Source: Catajapyx aquilonaris (Eukaryota). Taken from it: DNA of 64,000 nt. Made by a program: the position numbers and the translations under genes. The notes below the pieces were generated by a model that worked only from the letters and a program-made list of their open reading frames with translations, ran no database searches and had not been told where the DNA came from. Shown piece after piece: positions 41,601 to 51,458 of the stretch. The stretch's first letter is position 1, and every line of letters begins with the position of its first letter. The DNA lies in the NCBI GenBank assembly GCA_000934665.2, contig JYFJ02001575.1, positions 1-64,000 on the forward strand, written 5' to 3'.

Positions 41601-44600
41601 TATTAGCTTGATTCGATGCAACTAAGCTGTGTAATTAGCTAGAAAAGGCCGTTAAAGTTGGCTATATTTTAAGCTAATGTTGATTAATTGCTGAAGAATG
41701 AGTCAATGAATACTGTACTGTAAAATTTTATGTCATAACTTCACTCAAAAACCTAATGGGCGGAAGAGTAAAAATTAGCTGCATGGATCCGGTTGTGTGA
41801 ACTCAAATTATGGGAAAAAAATGGCTGATTATGTCTATCATATAGTGTACTGCAGGTAAATTAAATATTGCCAATTGCAATGCAATTAATTTCTCCGTAC
41901 AGTAATTGGCATGGTTGACGTGACATGCGCAAGTACAACACCGCAAGACCAATTAACTCCCTATCACATTTTTCACCTTCACTATAATTCCCCCCTTACT
42001 AAAACAGCTACTTAACAAAGTAGCAGTCCGTAATGTGGAACGATCAGTTAGGAATGCCTTTAGCAGTAGTCACGATCAGCATCTTCCACATGGAAGTTTC
42101 CTGTATAACTTCCTGGATACCGGAAAAATAATAAAAAAAGGGGGGCACCTGTTATATTAACTGTACTCTTTCGCTTTCATTCCACTCCTCGATCGAAGTA
42201 ATTGTACTTCACATTGACCCACATTCTTAGGAGATAAGGATCAGTAGCTGATGGGTCAGTGGCCATAAGTCCCGTTTATGCCACCCACTCCGGATCACCT
42301 TATGAATACGAACTGAGAACCGAAGTCATTTTGGTCAAACGTCAAATTGTTGGTGTTCGCCTCAAATTGTTGGTGTTCGCCTGAAATTGAATCCTGGACA
42401 TTTTCTTAAAAATTTATAAACCGAAACTAATAAGTCGGAAGTTTCTTCGGCAACCGTGTCCATAAGGCTCCTCCCACATGCTGCCTGGGAGCGAATTGGA
42501 TTATGGGAAAGTTGCTGGCGCCAGTTTGTGGTCTAACCTACGGGAAGTTGCGTCTTGGTTAGTTTTATCGAGTCCGCAGCTGAGACTGGATCGTGAGTCA
42601 CCACCATACGTCTTGGTGACATGCCACAGTTGGACAGACAGTCGGCACCATGAAGGAGGACAAACAGGAGAACTGGAGGAATCACAAGCCATGGTTCTGG
42701 TCGCGACTCAAGAAGGATCCGGTGATTGAAGAGTGCGAATCCGGAAATGTGGTGTTACGTCGTATACGAAACTTACGTCTTAAATCTAAAACCGGTTCGT
42801 GGTGTCGTTTGGAAGAACCGGAGCCACCTCCTGATACTAAGAACCGATTGTCACATGTCCTATCCAAAGCCTTTAACCCGGACAAATCCAGAAAGCGTCG
42901 GTCGCGCTCGTTGCCGCGCGATCCCGCAGGAGACTGCGCAGGATCGCATAGGACATCGACGTTACTAGCCACACACGTACTGAGAGTGTTACATGATCCT
43001 GATTTCCAGAGTCGATCTGGCGTGGCACCATCATCTGCTGGGAGTGCCGGAAGTGAGGAAGGACCCTCACCTAGTCAAAGTTCCGACTATGAGGACCAGG
43101 AAGAGCTGGAGCAGGTAAGAGCGCTTTTGCTTTACTGCGCTTCAAAACACATCCTTGTAACCTGTATGCACCGCACCGTTTGAGTTATGGGGATAGTCGG
43201 TAGGCCACAGTACATGTCGCTAATAACATAAGCTAATGTAATAATACCAGTTTTTAACCGCAGCGTTCCAGGCTCTTAATCCGGAACACACACCAAAAAA
43301 ACTGCCTTACATGCGATTAAATGCGGTACTTTTTTTGTGCAACATGTGTCATGGAAAGCGTCTAAGCGTGGGGAGAAAGTTGTTGCAAATTCTATGAAAA
43401 CAATTCAGGCCTAGCTCTGTTATTCCGAAACTGCTTTTTTGGAGGGGAAGGAAAACTCCGGGAAATACCCTCAACTTTTTTTGAACAATTCAAGTTCTTT
43501 CCCAGAGAGTTTGTAAGCGGGGGTTTTTTCATATGAGTCCGGGACTTGTGTAAGCTGGCCATTGCATAAAAGTCTGTGCATAGCAAAATGGCGAAGAATT
43601 GGTGTCAAGCAGACGGAAAAGGGAAGTTGGGGAAAATGGGCGTGGTATTTTTCTGAGAGGAAAAAAAAAACTTACTTGACATCTTCAGGTTTTTTTTTTG
43701 TTAGAGGCTGCCAAGCACATCTCCTAGTTCTGGTCCTTAGGTCGGTGCTGGCATGAAAGAGGCGGGTAGTGTACACGGTATGACACCGGAGACTCATGCA
43801 GGGGACATTACAGATTTATCATAACGAAATGTAGCCAGAATGAATGTTCAAGGTCTAAGGGCGCGGTTTACATGCGATGATGAGTCAAATACTGGGTACA
43901 AGCATATGTAATTGGTACCTCGAACATATAAATAAAGTACTGGAGAAAAAATTTTTCCCCCTGAATTTACGTCATGCGCAATGGCACGCTTCAAATTTTG
44001 ATTTTCATGGATTATTAAATTTGAAAACGAATAATTCAGGTTGCCAGTGGCGCGTAGCTACTGCTGACTTTGAAAGCCGGAAATACCGTAAATAATTTCA
44101 AAGTTATCTCGAGGGCATGCCGCGGAACAGAAAAGCTAATCATGACACATGACGTAGCAACGCAACACAGCTGCGGTCACATAACAACACGAATTATAAG
44201 CTGGAAAAATTACTTAAAAAAATGTACACGACAAAAAAAATTGTGGGAATGTGGTTTTTAATCATAATTTTGAGTTACATAAGTAGTGATTCACTATCCG
44301 AATGGAATTTGTGGCATTCATAGTATAGGATTGTGTTTTACAAAGGTGAGTCAACCCACATATTTCAAATGAGGGTAGATTATAATAATTTAACGTGCAA
44401 TTCACAATAGTGCGGAGTTTATACTCACATATTGCAGATAGTGTTACTAGTGTACTGTTTCACTTATTTGTGGATATATAGCGTTACAATCAGCAATGTT
44501 ATTATTTGTTTGCGTTTGAAATCTATACACTACGCCAACTGTGTTATCTAATAGAGTCACTTATGTACTGTTACCTTATCGGTAATCTTTGCGGAAGATT

Positions 44601-47600
44601 TTGCTCAGCTTTCCATTTAGCAAACATGTGTTATCTCGGTGCACTCCTTGCAAGTACACTGAGTACAATTAATGTGTACAGTACGATACAGATTTTTTTT
44701 TAATCCGATATTTTTAGGACAGTATTTTTATGATGCAAAATTCTGAATTTTGCAATATTTTCACGTGTTGCTTTTAATCCAAAATTAATCCAAAAATATT
44801 CGAGTTCAATTTGCACAGTTTTTAACTCAATATAAATGTCATTTTTTTGAGCACCTATCCTCATTCAGTTTTTAAGGAGTACTGCTCATTTTTTACGAGT
44901 TTTGTTCGAACTTTGGAGTTAAAACTTTAATCTCAGTTATATTTTAGAGTGTTGGTACAGTACTAACCCCACATATTATCTGAAGGAAAGTTAGGAAACG
45001 TAAAAGGTATCTCCAAATTGGACTTGGCCATTTAGAAGCTCAGGAAAAACATTCCGTCCATTTTTTCCAAAGCACCGGTCGTGTTTACTTGGCAAAGGTT
45101 CCTCCGATTTCGATAACAACCGAGCCTTTCCTCGAACTAACCATTGTGCTTTGTCTTCAGTATATATTTTTTTAAACTTGAGGTCAACCGTATAGAGTCG
45201 CCACATAAACTTAGCCCTTGATATCGCAACTTTATCCTTGACATTGCACAATCACGGCGTAGTTTCCAGCCAGTAAAACAAATATGCGCTCTTGATAATT
45301 GAGCAAATAGGAAGGGCTCCCAGTTTCAATTCAAGTTCCGGTAGTGCAGGAGCCACTTGTAATTATCAGGAAGCAGAATTGTTTTAAAGAGTAAAAAAAT
45401 AATTAAGGCTGGTGCGCTAATGAGTGCTTGAGAACGTGCCTGGCTGCGCTGTGAAGGTCTGCGCGTGTGTGTATTCTTGGCTCAGTTGATGTCGAGACCA
45501 GAGATGAAGCTAGACTTCTTCCAGGTAGGCACTGAAATAGTTATACTGTAATTAAATTATGGGACTGACGAGTCATTAATTGTGACAATTTACAAACGAA
45601 AAGTACAGCTTTCGGACTTTACCCGCAATCAGCAGCATGTAAAGTACGGTACACTCCGTAGTCTGAAAGTAGATTAGGTAGCTCGGACATGCGAACATAT
45701 GGACAAACTTTCTGCTTGATATGTGATGGGCCAAGTTTCAGGACTCCCAGTAGTCTGAAAGTGGGTTAGGTAGCTCGGACATGCAGACAAACTTTCTGCA
45801 TAATTATGTAAGCCTTTCAAAAAATGTAGTTTTCGTACTTTTCCCTCAATCAGCAGCACTTTTAAAGCCATCAGTGTGCCAAGTTTCAAATTCTCAGTAG
45901 TCTGAAAGTGGGTTAGATAGCCCGGACATACAAACTTTCTGTTTTATTACTATGTAATTATGTAAATGCTAAAAAAAAGTGCACTTTTCGGACTTTTCCT
46001 TGAATCAGCAGCTCTTAAGCCATCAGTGTGCCAAGTTTCACTCAGTAGTCTGAAAGTGGGTTAGGTAGCCCTGACATACGAACATACGGACAAACTTTAG
46101 TCTGCTTTATGTATAGATATGTGCATCCAGCCTGTTTTTAATGAGTACGGTATGTGGGTCAGTACATTGGAAGCCGATATACCCAATAGAGTCCAGTAAT
46201 GAACCTCTATTAGTGGCCCTTTAGTGGCTATCTTTAAACTTGGGCCATGTGTTAGTCAGACACACACTTGGCTGGTGATTCATACCAGCTGGTATGCCCC
46301 CTTTTGGTTAATCAGCTTTCTTTATTTATCTTCAGCGTCTGGACCATGGTCGAGGACCGGCCACTTTGGTTGGTCGAATGCGTGGTTTGAGACACGACAT
46401 GCAGAAGAGGATCTCGAGGCTTCGACCCAGCCGAAGCTCTGAGGTGGCCGTTGTGTCGTCGGCTGGTACGGCGACCGGTACGTTCACCGGTACTGCTGCT
46501 GCTGCTGCTGCGACGTCCGTTTCGTCCGGAGAGATCGCCGGAGCATCGGTCATCATCAGCAACGCACCTCAGCCCAACGGTAGCATTCTGATGGGCGAGG
46601 CTTCCGGTGGAGGAGGAGGTCAAGGGTTGGTGATGACCGTCGGAAGCAACCGTAGTTCACTGTCCGGAGAGGAACCGGAGCCCATATACGCCGGACCTTT
46701 CATGGGGAAGGCCAGGGCACTCGTCGACTGCATTCCTAGTCCATACGATCGAGACGCTCTCAGATTCAAGGCGAGTTGGTGGACCAAAATAAAATGATTC
46801 TCTGAGTGTCCCCCCACAGTGGGACAATGGCAACCGGTTGCAATGGAAGTCAGGTTGACATTGACCCATTGTATACATTTGTGTTGACGTTACCTTATGG
46901 CAACTGGTTGCAGATTGGCATGGCAGCCATACCTGGACAAACAAGCAAACAAACTTTACCTTTTGTAATATTGGCAGAGAGATATACGGTAGTTACTGTA
47001 ATTGATACGATTTCATGGCGTTGCAATGGAAATCAGGTTAGCATGGCAACCATACCTGTGGGCAAACAAACAAACTTTGCATTTCATAATAATAGAGATG
47101 GTTTATATGGTAACTAGGTACTGTAATTAAAAGAGATTTAGGATTAAATGTGATGAGACTTGGGTTGTAATGGTAACCAGTTGTCACGTCCATGGCAACT
47201 GGTTGCCATGAAAATCATATTGTAAACCAGCTGCCGTGGAAACTATTACCTGGACGAACAAACTTTGCCTTTCATAATAATTTAGAGATATGGTATAGTA
47301 GACCTACGGTAATGTAGGAGATTTAAGATTACATGGGATTAAACTGTTGGGTCGCAATGGTAACCAGTTATTGCCATGGAAATCAGGTTGGCATTGCAAC
47401 CAATGGCAACCCATTGCCATAAAAAACCGTACCTGGACAAACAAACTTTACTTTTATAATACACGTATAGTGCTGTAGTTAGAGATATAAGATTAAATGG
47501 GATTAAAGTACTGTACTGCTGATTATCTAGTTCAGTTATAAGCTGTGTGAATTTTTAAAAGTAGATTTTCAGCTTTAAAATTGTGCTTATTATCTACAGA

Positions 47601-48857
47601 AAGGAGATGTCATCGATGTGATAACCATGAACCCGAGTGGGCTGTGGAAGGGGAGGATTCACAACAGGGTGGGCCACTTCAAGTTCATCAACGTGGAGGT
47701 CCTGCCTGACAAGCCAAAGCACAAGAATAGCAAGATGTATGGAAGGAAGAAGAGCTCCAAGAGGGGAAGGCCAAAGAGCGTGGAGGAACTTCTGCAGAGG
47801 ATCAGCCTGGAGGAGCACATCTCTGTCTTCGTCCTCAACGGCTACGAGGATCTGGAGCTGTTCAAGGACATAGAGGAGGCCGACTTGGACTACCTCGGGA
47901 TCACCAATCCAGAGCACAGAGCTAAGATCCTCACCGCAGTAGAACTTCTGCACGATTACGACTGTAAGTGTTGTCAGTACATGTCGACAACGATACCCGC
48001 TGTCCCAAACTTGCTGGTTGCTATTTCAAATGACCTTGTATAAGCACTAATTATTAGTAACAACTTGATCGGAATTGACTGTTTGTTGTAGCCAGACATA
48101 AAAATAATTGCCAATTTCCTCCATAGCTTCTGACACTCCCGAGACTGATGACCCTGCATCTTCCACTGATGGGTCAGCAAGTCAAGGAGAGTACAAGTCA
48201 ACCGTGGAGGTGTTCCCCCGGCACTTTCCACGAGACTCTGGATTTTACGCTTCCGGAGACCACTACGGCAGCGGAAGAGGAGTCCTCCGCTACCACTACC
48301 GCCATCCTGATGACTCCAACGTGGGTCTGCCGCTGCCACCAGCAACGGATAGCTGCTTTGAGCTCAGCAACAACCTTGATGTCAGCTGCGCTGGAGCTGG
48401 CAAAGATGTCGAGGATGGTGCCCTGCTGGACCCAGAAGAGGACGATGACACCCGCAATGATGCCACAAACGTGAAGTCATCCACTGTGATTGTCACCAGT
48501 GGTCGTATCCGTGGGGGTAGGGGTAGGACCAGAATTGGTGCTGAGGTGGAAGAGGAGGAGGAGGAGGAAGAGGAAGATGAGTGTCGCTTCAACATACCTG
48601 TTCTGGGTCGAGGTGTGATGGCACCCACTAAGATGATGGAAGAGGAAGGCAGGGGTAAGGGAGGGGAAGGTGCGGAAGGAAGGACTGGGAGTGAGAAGTC
48701 GAGCGATTCCGGCATCAGCACTAGTTCTAGATCACCCCCGTCATTGCCCAGGAACCACCACAAGAGCAGCCACCACCACGTCTTGGAGGTGGATGACACC
48801 CAGTCGCAGCAGCCCAAGCACCTCCCTTCCGGTGATAGAAATAATGCCTTCCAGTAG
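1971..48857 (+). CDS. SKIP: SH3 and SAM domain adaptor protein, SKIP (Shal K+ channel interacting protein)/SASH1-SAMSN1 family; 5'-partial, 13 exons in window
   Basis: Phase-consistent exons: 1971-2098 (PSSCLSDKEEDEIYGFAGYG), 28944-28990 (CLTPRSVYFYEFPP), 29337-29470, 30366-30503, 30563-30619 (LKAREVQLRKEKFAREHEE), 39087-39171 (FLREIRQGLLQ), 39271-39424 (HWYDEPPYESDPEDFL), 39650-40060 (His/Pro-rich), 40132-40462, 43010-43114, 46336-46770, 47600-47963, 48127-48857. Total 3120 nt = 1039 aa + stop. SH3: GKARALVDCIPSPYDRDALRFK|KGDVIDVITMNPSGLWKG. SAM: RPKSVEELLQRISLEEHISVFVLNGYEDLELFKDIEEADLDYLGI. The first exon begins at an acceptor, so the 5' end lies upstream. Confidence 0.88.
6462..6811. mobile_element. 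Fold-back (almost fully palindromic) non-autonomous DNA transposon
   Basis: Arms of ~150-170 bp are reverse complements (CAGGGAGCATATA...CCGCCATCTTTGAT / ATCAAAGATGGCGG...TATATGCTCCCTG) around a ~30-bp spacer; ATACGG repeated on both flanks (TSD-like). Confidence 0.8.
13884..13978. repeat. Short inverted-repeat element with an internal 45-bp tandem duplication
   Basis: TGAATAGTCAGGA ... TCCTGACTATTCA termini; unit TTGAATAGTCAGGATGACTTGCATAGTCAGAATGACTTTCCTGAC x2. Confidence 0.75.
16828..17040. repeat. 30-bp minisatellite carrying CCAAT boxes
   Basis: CAGCCAATCAAATCCAAGAATGTATCGCCG-type units at 16882, 16912, 16942, 16972 and 17002, plus degenerate flanking copies. Confidence 0.9.
19270..19830. 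repeat. AT-rich satellite built on TATCGATA/AATATCGAATG subunits
   Basis: Repeated GAATATCGATAATACAAAAT and GAATATCGAAT, plus three longer units containing ATTGCATGAATGTTGATAGTTTCCCGTG. Confidence 0.9.
22725..23085. repeat. Degenerate AT-rich tandem repeat (TATTATTTTCACAA-type)
   Basis: Recurrent TATTATTTT(C/G)(AC/TC)A units of ~20 bp. Confidence 0.8.
31285..32700. repeat. Satellite (~51-bp unit) present in both orientations
   Basis: AACTGCTTAAACAAGCAGCTA-type units forward at ~31290-31950 and ~32300-32430; reverse-complement 51-bp units (AATATTTATCAACAGCTACAATAGCTGCTTGTTTAAGCAGGCAAATAACCT x~4) at 31971-32190. Confidence 0.85.
35264..35332. repeat. (AAT)23 microsatellite
   Basis: Read directly from the sequence. 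Confidence 0.97.
35605..35691. repeat. (ATT)29 microsatellite
   Basis: Read directly from the sequence. Confidence 0.97.
37959..38004. mobile_element. Minimal Tc1/mariner-type MITE (46 bp)
   Basis: TA|CAGGGTGAGTCAGATTT ... AAATCTGATTCACCCTG, a 17-bp TIR with 1 mismatch. Other solo TACAGGGTG termini occur at ~165, 3585, 13353, 24785, 33407 and 33553. Confidence 0.65.
42650..43114 (+). CDS. Candidate alternative first coding exon of the SKIP/SASH gene (extends internal exon 43010-43114 by 120 codons)
   Basis: ATG in good context (GGCACCATGA) with a stop-free frame continuous with the internal exon. Shares donor CAG|gtaaga at 43114. The internal acceptor tttccag|AGT at 43010 is phase 0. Confidence 0.55.
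45486..45524 (+). CDS. Candidate 39-nt cassette or alternative first exon of the SKIP/SASH gene (LMSRPEMKLDFFQ)
   Basis: ttcttggctcag|TTGATG...TTCCAG|gtaggc; phase 0 at both ends, matching the flanking exons; two in-frame ATGs; Inr-like TCAGTT overlaps the 5' edge. Confidence 0.4.
45590..46118 (+). mobile_element. Tandemly reiterated interspersed repeat, DINE-1/Helentron-associated-like
   Basis: Four GTAGTCTGAAAGT(G/A)G(G/A)TTAG units, GCCAAGTTTCA motifs, an ACAT/GACA microsatellite and a GCTTTATGTATAGAT end. The family assignment is from recalled similarity only. Confidence 0.45.
46826..47505. repeat. Degenerate ~175-bp tandem repeat (about 4 copies) rich in GTTGCCATGGCAAC-like palindromes
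   Basis: Recurrent TACCTGGACAAACAAACTTT(A/G)C(C/A)TTT and GGTTGC..ATGG(C/T/A)AAC blocks fill the GC-AG intron. Confidence 0.75.
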
Positions 48858-49826
48858 TCATGTGACAGCCACCTCCCCCCCTCCCCCAAAAAAATAATAC
48901 GTTTGCATAGTGCCACATCCCGACTCTTTTTCCTGATTCCAAACGGTGCTCTATGTCCCCTAATCTGACACATTTTTTTCCTTCAGTTTTGGTTCCCTTA
49001 TTTGGTTCTTTTTTCGGTTGACCTGTTGTTGGGAGCAGTGGTGCAGGATGCTGCATTTAAACCGTACTAGAAGTCGTTGCTCCTCGTGACAACTTTTTTG
49101 CACATTGTTTATAACAATGGACCAACAATGGATCTGACTACAAACTGCCAACTTCCCCTTTTTTTAATATAAATATTTAAAGTTAGGGCGGTCACTTGGA
49201 GCAAAGATTGCCTCCGTACTATTATAGAGACACCGAGAGAATAGTTTGTATTTGCAAGGTGAGTTTAACACTACTTGACAATCACAATGCAAAGGAATCG
49301 AAAGACTGCACCACTGATGTATGAGTTCACACACAACACGCATACACACACTGTACATATCACGTCCGTTATTTTATATTTTGTAATTATGTTCAGTCCG
49401 TTTAATTTTTAGTTGTTTTTACCAAGAAGCAAACATATCATTGTATGATTTTTTTGTTTGGCCTCGTCGCCAAATTTGTTTTATAGTTTTCCTTCGCCCT
49501 CCCCCCCTTTTTCCTTCAGTTTTTGTACCTCATTATTGCAGTCAGACAATATTGTTTATCCAGCCGTTGTCTCGATGCGGCCGGAATTGAGAGGTTTCCA
49601 GGGACACAGGGATGATTGTGTACAGTATTTAGGTTGTAACGTACAGGAGACTTCTCATTCCAGTTGCAGAGAGATGTGTTATACATGATGCTGGAATTTA
49701 ACATACCATCACTTTGGTGGATAGTAGCTAGGATTCCACCACGATTCCCCCGAAGTGATGGCATGTCAAATTTCCTCACCCGGTATATACTTTTGTAACT
49801 TAACAATTCCACAGACCAGGGGATGT

Positions 49827-49922
49827 AATAAAGCTTCATGCTCTTGTTTGAATAAAGAGATACCAACTACATGATTTGCGGTGTTTTGTATTATGTAACA
49901 GGGTATTTAAAGTAACTTTATT
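49827..49922. terminator. Convergent polyadenylation signals of SKIP/SASH (+) and PACRG (-)
   Basis: AATAAA at 49827 and 49851 on +, followed by GT-rich sequence; TTTATT at 49917-49922 (AATAAA on -), 40 nt past the PACRG stop. Confidence 0.55.
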
Positions 49923-49962
49923 TTGTAAGGCCGTGAATGCAAAGGGTTGTAAAGAAATCTCT

Positions 49963-51099
49963 CTAGTTCATGATGCAAGACTCGTATGTTGGAACCATGT
50001 ACTTGATGTTGATGAACGCATCTGGGCCCCCATGACGCTCCATCAGCTCCAGCGTCTCCTGGATGAGGTCTCCGAGGTTCTCCCTCTTCTGCTGGCTATA
50101 GTCAATCGTGTCACCCACATTGGCTGAAAAGGAAGGAGACGATCCAGTTGGAAATGCTGCTCATACCTTGAAGAAGATTGAAAGGTGGCATGAGCCACTG
50201 GCTCATTAATTACATCATAAGAGCCACTTGCAATTGCTTATAACCAGTCTTATCAAAGGGCATCATGCCACTTTCACTCTCCTGCAAGGCTTGTTTTTAA
50301 CTTATTAAAATGTGAGGATGGGCTGGGAAGGACTAGGACACTTGTTTCATGTGAAGGTTTGGCGTACTTGCCCCCCAGACCCAAGCTCACTCACGGTCTA
50401 TTTGCTGCTTACAGTTCTTGGTTTTGAACAGGTTGAGTACAGGCATTAGCTGCCTGTAGTAAGGCACCAGGGACTCTCCGATCAACTCGGCTGACAGGAT
50501 GAGGTGCTGCATCACCTTCAGGGTGGTGCACATCACCCTTGGGTTCCTGGTGTTCAGGGCTCCTGATCAATAAGAACAGTTGAAAAAATAGTTGGGTACA
50601 CTTTTTAAAAAATATATAATGTTTAACATACTCTTGATAGGCATGATGAGCTGAGGAACTACAGGTAGGATGCGGTTCCCACCGTGCTCCAGCATGTCAT
50701 GTATTCCCTGGTGAGCGAAGAACTCATAGGGATGAACCAGCTCACAAAGACCATCAAAAAACAGAGGCAGGTAGTGATGGTAATCCAACTTTTCAATCTC
50801 CACCTGACAACATAACAATGCAAAAGTAGTGTACACAACTTAACATATAAACATGACAGCCGCCTTACCCTCCAAGCTATCTTGTGTCCTCTGAAGTCAT
50901 GTTCCAAACCAATGGGTATGTCTCCTCTGAGATAAAATTTCCTGAAGAGCGTCGGAGGAGTGTGTCTAGGTTTAGTGGAGTGGGCCGATGGTGGAGCAAA
51001 CACCTTTGTGCATCTTTGCCTCGATTGGACCGTAAAGCCTGGCACTTTCCTGAGGTGTGCGCACTTGGCTGTCTCCGCCTGGGCTAGAGCGGACGGCAT
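49963..51099 (-). CDS. PACRG: Parkin co-regulated gene protein (axonemal inner-junction protein), 237 aa, 4 exons
   Basis: Exons 51099-50869, 50803-50632, 50562-50413, 50123-49963; all GT-AG and phase-consistent (714 nt). Motifs [83 protein letters not shown]. In-frame TAG upstream of the ATG. Confidence 0.96.
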
Positions 51100-51209
51100 G
51101 GCTGTAAGATCCGGCTTTTTTGGGGGGCAGCCCCTCTTCTTCAGAACCTAGCTCCACTCATGCCCTTCCGATCATTCCTCTTGTTGGGAAAAAAATAGAC
51201 ACACAAAAT

Positions 51210-51223
51210 GTCGCCCAGGTAAC
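51210..51223. promoter_or_regulatory. RFX X-box in the PACRG/UFL1 intergenic promoter
   Basis: GTCGCCCAGGTAAC fits GTNRCC-NN-RGYAAC and lies ~110 bp upstream of the ATG of a ciliary gene. Confidence 0.7.
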
Positions 51224-51458
51224 CCAAACAAACTGATCGATTTTCAACAAGGGGTATTCAAGTTGACCGCGCACTCAAGGTTACCAGATCAAGCTGACAC
51301 TACCACAACACTGTTCCATGAAGTAATTTTAATACACTACAATATGTACCAATAAAAAATTAATAAATTATAGTTATTGTTTGAAATTAGTTTTAATATA
51401 ATTTAATGGAATGTTTTACATCTGGCAACTTTGGAATGTAAACGTCACCGATTCCAAG

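Noticed and set aside
45565..45590. CTGACGA followed by hairpin GTCA...TGAC (hammerhead stem II-like)
   Set aside because: The required GAAA after stem II is absent (AATT).
48296..48973. 225-aa minus-strand ORF and other antisense ORFs over SKIP, UFL1 and Scm exons
   Set aside because: Shadow frames of GC-rich coding exons on the opposite strand.
50166..50282. Possible duplicated PACRG exon ([11 protein letters not shown] resembles [11 protein letters not shown])
   Set aside because: Stops in all frames after the acceptor, and the downstream intron would be only ~43 nt.
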